Virus record (IMG/VR): IMGVR_UViG_3300020336_000004
Location: 31,924 to 95,923 of that record
Length of the DNA: 64,000 nt
Strand: one strand, 5' to 3'
Source: a virus
Lineage: Duplodnaviria > Caudoviricetes
Part shown: positions 38,207 to 47,457 of the stretch, in pieces
Layout of the letters: each line of letters opens with the position of its first letter
How positions within the stretch are numbered: position 1 is the first letter of the stretch
Notes under the pieces: generated by a model
Told to the model about the DNA's origin: nothing
Databases searched by the model: none
The model's input: only the letters and a program-made list of their open reading frames with translations
Made by a program: the position numbers and the translations under genes

Positions 38207-38780
38207 CTGATGATACACCAAAATTGAACGAAATACTAATTCTATCATTTGATGATCTATTACCTTCTACACTGTGTTTGAGCCATCCTGGAAAAATAAA
38301 CAATGCATTACTTTTTGCATTATACGATGCTCTTGTACAATTAAAGTATGTCATTTTATTATTTTTCTCTGGAAGAAAATATTCAGCACCATCTGATCTT
38401 TCAAACTGAATACCACCTTGGTTTGGTTCTGCTTGTACATAATACACACCACTTAATACTGCACCTGCATGATTATGCAAATGATTGTATGCTCCTGGTG
38501 GATTGACATTTATCCACAGATTGTATAATGATAAAGTAGGCATTCCTGTTTGCAATGCACATTCGTTTGCTTCTTTAGTAAATATTTTAGCTAAGTTATC
38601 TATTGAATCATTTACGCCATGTGCAATAGAATTACTTTGCCAGCCGCCATAGTTGCTTACCTGCACTCCGGGGTCTTTTGATTTTGTTTCGTATATGAAT
38701 TTAATTAAGTCATCATCTGGTGCTGGTGGAATAATCCCCGACCATATGACACTTGGAAACCACATTTCATTGTGTAGCAT
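38199..38780 (-). CDS. 2OG-Fe(II) oxygenase (TIGR02466-like)
   Basis: SNYGGWQS, HLHNH, SGVYY, FPGWLKHSV, RISISFN. Confidence 0.85.
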   Translation of the reverse strand: MLHNEMWFPSVIWSGIIPPAPDDDLIKFIYETKSKDPGVQVSNYGGWQSNSIAHGVNDSIDNLAKIFTKEANECALQTGMPTLSLYNLWINVNPPGAYNHLHNHAGAVLSGVYYVQAEPNQGGIQFERSDGAEYFLPEKNNKMTYFNCTRASYNAKSNALFIFPGWLKHSVEGNRSSNDRISISFNFGVSSDE

Positions 38781-38783
38781 GAT

Positions 38784-39074
38784 TTACCAACCAAACTGAT
38801 CTTTCTTTTTTTCTAAAGTCTTAAGCCATCTCTGTCTTCCAGCGGCTTTTTGTTTTCTACGTCTTTCACTTGGTTTAGTATAAAATTCACGTTCACGTAC
38901 TTCTTGAATAATACCAGCTTCTTGTACTTTCTTTTTAAAAATACGCAGAGCTTTGTTTACGTCACCATTCCTAACTTCAACAGTTAGACCTTGAAAGTCA
39001 TTTTCTTTCTTAAATGGTTTTCTTTTAGAATTAAAATTATTTCTAAAATTACTTCTGTTATTTTGTTGCCTCAA
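38784..39074 (-). CDS. rpsU: Ribosomal protein S21
   Basis: VEVRNGDVNKALRIFKKKV...REFYTKPSERRR. Confidence 0.92.
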   Translation of the reverse strand: MRQQNNRSNFRNNFNSKRKPFKKENDFQGLTVEVRNGDVNKALRIFKKKVQEAGIIQEVREREFYTKPSERRRKQKAAGRQRWLKTLEKKKDQFGW

Positions 39075-39513
39075 ATTGGCCTCCTAGTTTTTCTTTAATT
39101 TTCTGCAAATCGTAAATTCTATTTGCACTTAGCTTATTATAATACATCTTACCCCCGTTTGTCAACCAGAAAGTTTTCGAATAGCTTATAAAGTAAGATA
39201 CTAATTCGCCAATCTCACTATCCAAATTATCTATATCTAAAATTACACAATCTGCAATAGCAAATGCATCAAGTAGCCAATTTGTATCAAGTGGCTGTTC
39301 CATATACTGTGGCTCTTTTACATTACTTGATTCAAGTGGGGGAACTTCAGTATACTGTCTTTCAAACAAGTATACATTAAAAGGTTGAGTTTCAGCCTTT
39401 CCAAATAAATTATTAATATCTTCTTTTAATTTATTACTAGGTTGAATTAGTAAAAACGAATAGTTCTTATTGTGTATTAGATCAGGAGCAGTTATTAATG
39501 TAATATCACTCAT
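39058..39513 (-). CDS. Hypothetical protein
   Basis: MSDITLITAPD ORF. Confidence 0.7.
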   Translation of the reverse strand: MSDITLITAPDLIHNKNYSFLLIQPSNKLKEDINNLFGKAETQPFNVYLFERQYTEVPPLESSNVKEPQYMEQPLDTNWLLDAFAIADCVILDIDNLDSEIGELVSYFISYSKTFWLTNGGKMYYNKLSANRIYDLQKIKEKLGGQFEATK

Positions 39514-39603
39514 TATCTTTTATACGTTTCCATATTGAATTTTCGCCTTGTTCTTCATTTTGTATATATTGATTGCTTTCAATGACTTCGGTCAAGTCTG
39601 GTT

Positions 39604-41319
39604 TTATTCTTGAATTGACTTGCGAATTTGTGTTGGTCCTTGTTTCATTATATACTTTTTCTTTTTTTTTGATTCTGGATCTTGTAAATAATCTTCCCAA
39701 GGTAGGTCGTCGATTTTTCCTTGTAAATAAAGTTCTTTAAATGCTTTGATTGTATCGTCTGGGTTGTCGTCTTTCCATTGCCTTTTAGCTTCATTCCAAT
39801 CTTCGTCTTGATCAAGTTCGTCTAATTCTTCTTCAGTTAGTCTTTGCGATTCTTCCGATGATTCTAAATCTTTTTTTTCGACAGGAGTATGTACACCTTG
39901 TTCTTTAACTGGTTCTATTTCTTCATAAACTTCTTGCCATTCTTTCGTCTGGTCTACTTCATTCTCAAATGTTTTATCTTCTTCTGCTATTGTATTGCCT
40001 GGTTTGTCTTCTCTGTGTTCAGGTAGACTATCTATATGTTTTTGTATCTTATCTTCTGGTTCAGGTTTATCTTCTGGTTCAGGCGTTTCGTCCTTTGGGC
40101 TTTCATTCCTTGCAATCTTATTGCCACGAGCAGTTTCATAGTCGCTCCACTCTTTACTTTTCTTATTTTTTCTAGCAAATTCAAATGTGTATTGTGATGC
40201 AATAAGAAGTAATACTGCTAGTGGATCAAATACAAAGATAATAATTAGTATGACCCAACGAACTGCTTCTTCAAGTAAATTTTGGTCTGCTTGTTCACCG
40301 TATACAAACTCAGCAATATATTTAATAGGTCCTACTTCAGCTTCAAGTTTTCTATATTCGCCTTCTAGGTCATATTTTTGTTCTGTAAGTTCGTCAACAA
40401 GTTTATTTGCGGCAGTAATCTTAACGTATTGTTCGTCAATTAGATCATCTACATTCTCAGTTCCAGTACCAAGTTTTTCACGTAATCTATTAATAAGTTT
40501 ATTTGATTCTTCAATCTGTTTGTCAGCATTATTACGTAATCGTGCTATTTCTTGACGTGCCGCTTGTACTGTAGGTGAGTTAGCACTATTTTGTATCTTC
40601 TGTAACCATTCTGCACGTTCGACTTGTTTTAATTCTTTCCAGTCGCCAATCTTTTCTGCTGTCTTCTTACCAAAAATACCATCTGCACTTGCACCAATCA
40701 TTTGTTGTGCTTTTGCAATGTCACCGTTATCTACATAGCCTTGTAGAGTAGTAAGGTCTGCATCTATTTTATCTAACTCGTTTTGGAATAGTTGTGTAAC
40801 GTTAGCAATAATTACATTTTGTTCTTGTATAGCAGGTTTAATTCTATCATAGGCAGTATCAATGCGTTCTTGTTCTTTATCAATTTGTTTTTGTATATTA
40901 GCATCTGACCCTGTGCCACTATTTTCTAATTCACGTATTTTATTTTCAGATCGACCAACAATACTAATTTGCCTATCAATTTCTGTTTCAAGCCTTTGTA
41001 CTTGTGCTACACTTTCCTCACCAGCACTTGTTTGTTCAATATGTGCTTTAGACAAATAACCAAAGATACCCATACTTGTAATAAACATAAGGATAATGAC
41101 TGCTGTCGTGAGATAAGTCTTTAACCACCAAGTGGCTCGACTCCAATAACGATGTAACCATACTGCGGTTACTAGTTTAGCAATTTCTAATGTGCTACCC
41201 ATTATAATAATAGGTATTACAGCCGCCGCGAAAATTGCGGCTAAGCCTGCTACACTATAATATATTGCTACACCACTAATCGCTAGTGCAGTTATTAATG
41301 TCAATACTGCTAGGAACAT
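39604..41319 (-). CDS. Large membrane protein with periplasmic coiled coil and peptidoglycan-binding-like motif; possible -1 extension to 39506
   Basis: N-terminal TMs, GASADGIFGKKT, EAEVGPIKYIA, IIFVFDPLAV, acidic tail. Confidence 0.8.
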   Translation of the reverse strand: MFLAVLTLITALAISGVAIYYSVAGLAAIFAAAVIPIIIMGSTLEIAKLVTAVWLHRYWSRATWWLKTYLTTAVIILMFITSMGIFGYLSKAHIEQTSAGEESVAQVQRLETEIDRQISIVGRSENKIRELENSGTGSDANIQKQIDKEQERIDTAYDRIKPAIQEQNVIIANVTQLFQNELDKIDADLTTLQGYVDNGDIAKAQQMIGASADGIFGKKTAEKIGDWKELKQVERAEWLQKIQNSANSPTVQAARQEIARLRNNADKQIEESNKLINRLREKLGTGTENVDDLIDEQYVKITAANKLVDELTEQKYDLEGEYRKLEAEVGPIKYIAEFVYGEQADQNLLEEAVRWVILIIIFVFDPLAVLLLIASQYTFEFARKNKKSKEWSDYETARGNKIARNESPKDETPEPEDKPEPEDKIQKHIDSLPEHREDKPGNTIAEEDKTFENEVDQTKEWQEVYEEIEPVKEQGVHTPVEKKDLESSEESQRLTEEELDELDQDEDWNEAKRQWKDDNPDDTIKAFKELYLQGKIDDLPWEDYLQDPESKKKKKYIMKQGPTQIRKSIQE

Positions 41320-41335
41320 ACTATATTTATCGTAA

Positions 41336-41725
41336 TTAATCAATTAATCTCCACTCCCCTGCACGATAACAGTGCGTTTCTTTCCAATGTTTTTGTTTGC
41401 CTTTATAAGTTAATCTACTTGCAAGAGTCTGGCAACCGTTAGGATAAACGACTGCAACAATAACACTACCATCTGCTATGTTATCTCCAAATCTACATGA
41501 TGCACCTGCAGGTAAATGATGTAAGCCATCTGATACACATGCTTGATAGTCTCTTCTATATTGTTTAGGAACACTATAATAACTAGCTTTAGTAAAGTTA
41601 ATAGCTAAATCTGTCATTGAAGAAGGATTGTTATAACTATCATAAGTGCTATATCTACTGTTTGTAGAACTACATGCACCTAATACAAATAAACTAGTAA
41701 CTACCAATGCTAGACGGAAGTACAT
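41336..41725 (-). CDS. Lipoprotein
   Basis: Lipobox LGAC after a signal peptide (start MYFRL). Confidence 0.7.
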   Translation of the reverse strand: MYFRLALVVTSLFVLGACSSTNSRYSTYDSYNNPSSMTDLAINFTKASYYSVPKQYRRDYQACVSDGLHHLPAGASCRFGDNIADGSVIVAVVYPNGCQTLASRLTYKGKQKHWKETHCYRAGEWRLID

Positions 41726-42014
41726 ACCATTCATCGCTATTGTCCTTTTGACATAAGAAAGATTTAGATAGTTTACCATAGACTCGTGTTTCACTCCACC
41801 TACAGTTTTTATAAACTCCTGCATCTTTCATATAATGATTAACTTTAGGTTTGTCAGTACATTGTACTAACACCTCACTACTACTTACATCTCCATTCTG
41901 TAATCGATATTCACTTGATGTGTTACAGTATCTATCTTGATCAGGTTCGAAATGTCTGGGGGTAGTACTACATGCACTTAGCATCACTACCCCTAATATA
42001 AGTAGGGCCTTCAT
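41694..42014 (-). CDS. Lipoprotein
   Basis: Lipobox LSAC. Confidence 0.75.
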   Translation of the reverse strand: MKALLILGVVMLSACSTTPRHFEPDQDRYCNTSSEYRLQNGDVSSSEVLVQCTDKPKVNHYMKDAGVYKNCRWSETRVYGKLSKSFLCQKDNSDEWYVLPSSIGSY

Positions 42015-42015
42015 A

Positions 42016-42507
42016 TTAGTTTACCGAAGCAACAACTTTAGATTGATTAAGTAACCTATCAAAAGTTTCTTTCTTCATTTTTAGTTGCACAAAAGTATAA
42101 TACTGACCAGCATACTTGAACGTACCTCTGTTTTCAGCAAGGTGTTCTGTAATTTTAGTATTGTCTACTTTGTAACTAATAATCGTCCTTGTAGTTTTTG
42201 AATTATCTTTGATGTCAATCACTGTTTCAGAATTAACTTCTCCGTTGATTCTTTTTGCAAAATGATTCATTGCAATAGCATACATCTGTTCTTCAGCACC
42301 TTGGTAAAATTTACTTTCACCTGCACCACAAGCATATGCATAGTCTTCTTTCCACCAAAACCATCCTTCAGATCCTTCTTGAGCACATTTCGCATACCAT
42401 TTAGGTTGTGCATACTCATCACGTTCTGCGATTGTTGTCATTGAACTACAAGCACCAAGTGATGCTAGAATTCCGATAGTTGCTAGTGTTTTAAATACGC
42501 CTTTCAT
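42016..42507 (-). CDS. Lipoprotein (LPP20-like)
   Basis: Lipobox LGAC; QPKWY...YACGAGES. Confidence 0.75.
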   Translation of the reverse strand: MKGVFKTLATIGILASLGACSSMTTIAERDEYAQPKWYAKCAQEGSEGWFWWKEDYAYACGAGESKFYQGAEEQMYAIAMNHFAKRINGEVNSETVIDIKDNSKTTRTIISYKVDNTKITEHLAENRGTFKYAGQYYTFVQLKMKKETFDRLLNQSKVVASVN

Positions 42508-42595
42508 TTAAGCCTCCATTTAGCCTAGTTTGTTAATATAGTAATACTATACTAGAAGTTGTAAAAAAAGTCAATGAGTTTGTTTACCAAAAAGT

Positions 42596-43174
42596 TTAAG
42601 GCCATCTATAAAAGATGTGATCGCCTATTCTTCCAACAAGGTCAAAGTCGGAAGCCCATCTAGGTGAAACATATGTTGCATGATAATGAGTAGAGCCTTC
42701 TGAGATACCTCTATATTTTCTTTGTTGAACAATTCGATAAGCAATTTCTTGTGCTTTACGCCAAGCGTCACCGTCATGAGCTTGATCGCTTTTACCATCA
42801 CACCACCAACTAAATTGGCATTTGTTACGGATAGGAATATATTTTCGTTTGTTGTCTTCTAAGTTTGGATCTTGTTTGGTTTTCCAACTTTCTTTATATT
42901 TTGCTTGTTTAATAACTTCGCAAATAGAATTTGGATATCTAGTATCTTCCACTCGATTTAAAACAACATCAGCAACTGCATATTGACCTGCAATATGGTC
43001 TGCTCTTGCCTCGTGATAAATGTTAAGAGCCATACAGTAAAGTTCAGGATAAACTGTTTCAGAAAATAGTTCTCCTTCAACTGGCTTTTGTGTGCTTAAT
43101 GTCGATGCACTAATTGCATTTGATGTACTAATAGTTGTAATTAGTATTACGAATGCTACAAATAAATGTCGCAT
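42596..43174 (-). CDS. Cell-wall hydrolase, SleB/Hydrolase_2 family
   Basis: CMALNIYHEAR, VVLNRV, CQFSW, THYHA, IGDHIFY. Confidence 0.92.
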   Translation of the reverse strand: MRHLFVAFVILITTISTSNAISASTLSTQKPVEGELFSETVYPELYCMALNIYHEARADHIAGQYAVADVVLNRVEDTRYPNSICEVIKQAKYKESWKTKQDPNLEDNKRKYIPIRNKCQFSWWCDGKSDQAHDGDAWRKAQEIAYRIVQQRKYRGISEGSTHYHATYVSPRWASDFDLVGRIGDHIFYRWP

Positions 43175-43635
43175 TATCCTCTCCTCATTCTTGCAATGTC
43201 TTGTGCCTGTTCTTTATTTATAATTGGAACTGCGTTAGATTTATGCATGGTTGCAATACCTTTAATTAAAGTACCTGTATATTTGATTGTTTCTTTTTTG
43301 GTTCCTGCACCACTACCGTTCATCTTAGCCCATGTGCCATTTTTAATAGCTTCTTCCATTACTGAAGTAATTTTTGGTTGATCATTTCTCCAAGATGTAT
43401 CAGGCTTGTACGGTTGCGGTTTAGGTGTATTCTTAGGCTTGTACTCGCCGCGACAATATGCAATGTAATCTTCTACAGTGTCATACTGCATACTGTGCAT
43501 ATGTTGTTGACGCATACGTTTGTTATGTTGACGCCATTGAACAGTATATCGCTCAATGTCTTTTTGATTAAGCGGCTTTTTTTTACGCTTCTTTGTATTG
43601 AGTGTTGAAAGCCCTCGGGCTAAATGCATTGTCAT
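43174..43635 (-). CDS. Hypothetical phage protein
   Basis: YTGTLIKGIATMHKSNAVP C-terminus. Confidence 0.75.
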   Translation of the reverse strand: MTMHLARGLSTLNTKKRKKKPLNQKDIERYTVQWRQHNKRMRQQHMHSMQYDTVEDYIAYCRGEYKPKNTPKPQPYKPDTSWRNDQPKITSVMEEAIKNGTWAKMNGSGAGTKKETIKYTGTLIKGIATMHKSNAVPIINKEQAQDIARMRRG

Positions 43636-43699
43636 AAAAAAACTCCTGCTATAATTAGTATATGTTGTATACTATAGCAGGAGTTTAATTAAAAGTCAA
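43636..43699 (-). promoter_or_regulatory. 14-bp hairpin/terminator overlapping a sigma70 promoter and the downstream RBS
   Basis: AAACTCCTGCTATA/TATAGCAGGAGTTT plus U tract; TTGACT-17-TATAGT. Confidence 0.7.
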
Positions 43700-43708
43700 G
43701 TATTTTGA

Positions 43709-43957
43709 TTAAGCAAATACTTTAGCTCTAGATCCGTTTACATCTCTAGATACTACAGAGTATTTTGTTTTACCTGTTGTTGCTTTAGATGTTTTAACAA
43801 CTAGTCCAGCATCTCTCATTTCTGAAAGTCTAGCTGGTAATTGAGTGATGCCGAATCTTGCGTTTGCATCAGCGGCAGTTAATGTCTTACCGGTACCTCT
43901 AAGGTAGGTTTCCAAAAATGCCTTTTGGTTAGTTTTTATTTTAGTAAATGCCATCAT
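43709..43957 (-). CDS. Small HTH DNA-binding protein
   Basis: LTAADANARFGITQLPARLSEMR; AGGAG RBS. Confidence 0.75.
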   Translation of the reverse strand: MMAFTKIKTNQKAFLETYLRGTGKTLTAADANARFGITQLPARLSEMRDAGLVVKTSKATTGKTKYSVVSRDVNGSRAKVFA

Positions 43958-44027
43958 AAATCTCCTTTGGTTATTAATATTAAACATTACAGTACATACT
44001 ATAACGTCATAACAACCTAAAGTCAAC

Positions 44028-44465
44028 CTATTTTGGCAAAGTAACTACACCTTCACGTAAGAGCTTTTCTCTGTTGGCTAAATGTTTCATTTCGATTTCA
44101 TCCTTTGACCCACCAAAATATGCTACAGCATATCCCTCTTCAATAAGTATATCAGTGGCTCGCTTATCTTCAAGGATGAAGTCTCCAAGAATTCGTCCGA
44201 ACTTACCCTTTTTGTCTTCTCCGCTCTTATCAATTTCTGTTTTGAGGATTTGGATTGATCCGGTTGGTAATAGTTCTTTGAGTCTTGCTTTTGATGCAAG
44301 TCCGAATAATTTTTCAACTTTGTCTCTTGTTCGTGATTCAGGTGTGTCAATACCCATCATTCTAACTCTTTCTTTGTGCATCCACATACCAAAGCCTAGA
44401 TCAATGTCTATATCAACAGTGTCACCGTCAACTATTCTTAATATTTTACATTTATATTCATACAT
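44028..44465 (-). CDS. Thermonuclease (SNase-like)
   Basis: IVDGDT, RVRMMGIDTPE, GKFGRILG. Confidence 0.9.
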   Translation of the reverse strand: MYEYKCKILRIVDGDTVDIDIDLGFGMWMHKERVRMMGIDTPESRTRDKVEKLFGLASKARLKELLPTGSIQILKTEIDKSGEDKKGKFGRILGDFILEDKRATDILIEEGYAVAYFGGSKDEIEMKHLANREKLLREGVVTLPK

Positions 44466-44483
44466 GAACAGTATTTATATAAA

Positions 44484-44720
44484 TTATAATGTATTTTTAT
44501 TCTCAAGTTTGCTTTGTTCGTATTTCATTATGAGAGCGTAAAGGTCATCTGTCTTTTGAAGTACACCGTTTGGTTGTACAACAAATACATCACCTGGCTT
44601 GTATAAGTGATTGCCTTTGTAAGTACCATCTTCTCTTAGTCCCATTATTTCACCTGGCCAATCACCCTTAACTGTCCAGTTGTCGCCAAATTGTTCGATA
44701 TTATAATCAACCCATAACAT
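44484..44720 (-). CDS. Hypothetical protein
   Basis: AGGAG RBS. Confidence 0.7.
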   Translation of the reverse strand: MLWVDYNIEQFGDNWTVKGDWPGEIMGLREDGTYKGNHLYKPGDVFVVQPNGVLQKTDDLYALIMKYEQSKLENKNTL

Positions 44721-44734
44721 AAAAAATGTCTCCT

Positions 44735-44944
44735 TTAATAAAGTTCTAATACTTTGCCGTTACCAGCTATAATCATTAAACAGGTAACAATATGTAACAC
44801 TATCCAAAAGGTACGAAAAGCCAGCGCCTTCCTAACATCATCTTGTGGTATTGGAAGGAATTCTGGCTTATCGTCGTCAGTTACGCCTATGGGCATACCA
44901 ACAGTTCTAGCCCACATTTTGAGCCATCGCCGTTGACCGCTCAT
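44735..44944 (-). CDS. Small membrane protein
   Basis: C-terminal TM. Confidence 0.65.
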   Translation of the reverse strand: MSGQRRWLKMWARTVGMPIGVTDDDKPEFLPIPQDDVRKALAFRTFWIVLHIVTCLMIIAGNGKVLELY

Positions 44945-45129
44945 TACATAGCGTTCTTTTTATCTTGGATTTCAGCTCTACGTGATTTAGTTAATTTTCC
45001 TAAGTCACCTAATGCCTTACGTGCTCTTGCGGCAGCAGCTTTAACACCTTTTTCGTCAAAAGTTTGTGCTTCTACTAGATAGTTGTTAAACGCTTGAACG
45101 ATTTGATCATGTTGTGATAATTCACTCAT
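44944..45129 (-). CDS. Histone H1-like (Hc1-type) small protein
   Basis: KGVKAAAARARKALGDLGKL.K.RR.EIQ. Confidence 0.7.
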   Translation of the reverse strand: MSELSQHDQIVQAFNNYLVEAQTFDEKGVKAAAARARKALGDLGKLTKSRRAEIQDKKNAM

Positions 45130-45196
45130 CTTCTTCTCCTTGTAAGTTGTTCTATATTATTTAATGAATGTGTATTTAAGGCAGGTTAAATGTGGT

Positions 45197-45496
45197 TTAT
45201 GATCCGTTTGCAAAAACGTCAGTACTTCCTGTGGCTGCTGAATTTGCCACCCAACTACCATGACCTGTGGTTGCATCGTTCTTACGATGTACTGCAATGT
45301 TGTTGGCAAACACATTAGGTGACCCTGCACTTGCTGGATCTCCACAACTTGTCGTGTCGCCTATTCTTACTGTTTTTTCGTTGTTAGTATAAACGTTGCT
45401 TGAACCTTGACTATAAGCCGTTTGGTGGAAAGGGTTTGGCGTTGGACTTGCATGTCCAACATGTTTGTCTGCATTTACTCTAACTACACCAGGCAT
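45197..45496 (-). CDS. PAAR spike-tip protein (T4 gp5.4-like)
   Basis: GSSNVYTN...RIGD.TSCG...GSPNVFAN repeats. Confidence 0.88.
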   Translation of the reverse strand: MPGVVRVNADKHVGHASPTPNPFHQTAYSQGSSNVYTNNEKTVRIGDTTSCGDPASAGSPNVFANNIAVHRKNDATTGHGSWVANSAATGSTDVFANGS

Positions 45497-45522
45497 CAGG
45501 TTCTCCTCACAATAATATTTAT

Positions 45523-45795
45523 TTATTTTTGTGGTACTTCTACTCGTTGATACTCTAAAACTAGTTCTTCTCTACTTTGAGCAGGACCAACTAATATGTT
45601 AGATTTACTAATGCTGATAGGATCTAATGCACTTACGCTAAACATTAAAGTAGTTAAACCTAGTTGATTATTTTGTTGAAGGACTACTCTCATAGGTTTG
45701 ATAAGTTTAATGCTAGTATCAGTTTGTGTGTCAAGTGTTCCAATTACTTCTATGCCGCTATTCAGCATACAAGAAACTACATCGTCTTTTTTCAT
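45523..45795 (-). CDS. Sm-like small protein
   Basis: DVVS..LNSGIEVIG...L.KP. Confidence 0.6.
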   Translation of the reverse strand: MKKDDVVSCMLNSGIEVIGTLDTQTDTSIKLIKPMRVVLQQNNQLGLTTLMFSVSALDPISISKSNILVGPAQSREELVLEYQRVEVPQK

Positions 45796-46082
45796 GTTGT
45801 TACTATACCTGAAGTTGTTGCAATATATTGTTTGCTAATCTCGTCTTGTGTTTTAGATACGCAACTTACTGAATTCGCTCTAAGTAAGAATTTACCATCT
45901 GGATTAACACTAAACATAAACGGTGCTAATCCTAACCCTTTTTCTTGTGCAATAAGAACCATTGGCTTTTTTAATGTATAATAGTCTGCTTCTTCTTTAT
46001 CAAGTCTAGCTACGATTTCTTCTCCAGAACTAAGTTTAAAAGAGACAGTGTCTCCGTCTTTGTATGGGGTTTCAATTAACAT
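45792..46082 (-). CDS. Sm-like small protein, paralog of the preceding gene
   Basis: DTVSFKLSSGEEIVA...LKKP...GL.PFMFSV. Confidence 0.7.
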   Translation of the reverse strand: MLIETPYKDGDTVSFKLSSGEEIVARLDKEEADYYTLKKPMVLIAQEKGLGLAPFMFSVNPDGKFLLRANSVSCVSKTQDEISKQYIATTSGIVTT

Positions 46083-46333
46083 TATAATGTATGTCCTGTA
46101 CCGTTATATCCGGTGTTGTCTACGTATTCAACAAACTGTTCATATCCGCCTACTTTGTTTTCTCCTACGATAATTTGTGGGAAAGTTCTAGCAGTTGGAA
46201 ATATCTCAAAGACTTGTTCTCTATCAAAGTCTTTGCCTAGTTCTTTGTATTCGTATTTTAGTTGTCTAGTTTCACAGAACTGTTTTGCTTTTACACAACT
46301 TGGGCACTGTGGTTTTCCATATATCTGAATCAT
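46082..46333 (-). CDS. Glutaredoxin
   Basis: CPSC, TFPQI, VGGY. Confidence 0.93.
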   Translation of the reverse strand: MIQIYGKPQCPSCVKAKQFCETRQLKYEYKELGKDFDREQVFEIFPTARTFPQIIVGENKVGGYEQFVEYVDNTGYNGTGHTL

Positions 46334-46341
46334 AACAATAC

Positions 46342-47445
46342 TTATAATTTAAATCCTGACAGGCTGTCAGTTTTGACATCTTGTTTAATTCCGCCAACAA
46401 TATAACTTTCAACTTCTGTTTCTTGCGGGGCTACTTGTAGGCCACTGCTATTAAGCCAGTGTGATGTCCACGGTAACGGATTGTTTGCAGTACTTTGATC
46501 ATATGGCATTTTATAACCTAATGCTTTTAATCTACGGTTAGCAATGTACTCAACATATTTGTAAAGTAATGCTTCGTTCAATCCAATAATAGATCCATCT
46601 TTGAACAAATGCTTTGCCCAAGCCTTTTCTTCTGCAACACATTGGTCCCACATATCATAAACTTCTTGTTCACACTCTTTAGCAATACTCACCATCTCTG
46701 GATCATCTTTACCTTGCATCCAATGTTTTAGAACGTGTGTACTTAATGCTAAATGTTGACTTTCGTCTCTAGCAATAAGTGAAATAATTTTTGCACTACC
46801 TTCCATTAACTTTAATTCTCCAAATGCAAACGTACATGCAAATGAAACGTAAAAACGTAAACCTTCTAATATATTAACGTTCATCATTGCTAAGAATAGT
46901 TTCTTCTTAACATCTCGCATTGTGCCTTTTTTTAGATATGTAAATTCATCTGCGGCATTTGTAAAATTATCATAGTTTTTAGTAACTGATACTGCACGTT
47001 TTAGAATCTCTTTGTCATCTAATATAGTATCAAAAACTTCACTTGGATCAGGATATACATTTTTCATAATGTGTGTATATGAACGTGAATGAATTGTTTC
47101 AAAGAAGTCCCAAGTAACAATACAGCCTTCTAGCTCTGGAATTGATACATGTGGTAAGAACGCTAAACAAGGACCACGTCCTTGCACACTATCTAATAGT
47201 GTTTGATATTTTAGGTTACTTGTAAAAATATGTTTCTGTTCTGGACGAAACTGTGCAAAGTCTGCTCTATCTTTTTGTAAACTAACTTCTTCTGGTCTCC
47301 AAAAATAACCCAACATTGTTGCATTAAGTTTGTCGAATACAGGAAATTTAAATACGTCATATCTTTGTGTATTTTGATCTTCTCCGAAGAACATGTTCTG
47401 TTTTGTGAAATCTACATTTTCACGATTGAATACTGTTTTTGCCAT
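46342..47445 (-). CDS. nrdB: Ribonucleotide reductase class Ia beta
   Basis: FWRPEEV, LLDSVQGR, ETIHSRSY, LEGLRFYVSFA, ARDESQH, VAPQETE. Confidence 0.97.
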   Translation of the reverse strand: MAKTVFNRENVDFTKQNMFFGEDQNTQRYDVFKFPVFDKLNATMLGYFWRPEEVSLQKDRADFAQFRPEQKHIFTSNLKYQTLLDSVQGRGPCLAFLPHVSIPELEGCIVTWDFFETIHSRSYTHIMKNVYPDPSEVFDTILDDKEILKRAVSVTKNYDNFTNAADEFTYLKKGTMRDVKKKLFLAMMNVNILEGLRFYVSFACTFAFGELKLMEGSAKIISLIARDESQHLALSTHVLKHWMQGKDDPEMVSIAKECEQEVYDMWDQCVAEEKAWAKHLFKDGSIIGLNEALLYKYVEYIANRRLKALGYKMPYDQSTANNPLPWTSHWLNSSGLQVAPQETEVESYIVGGIKQDVKTDSLSGFKL

Positions 47446-47457
47446 TTCTTTAAATCC

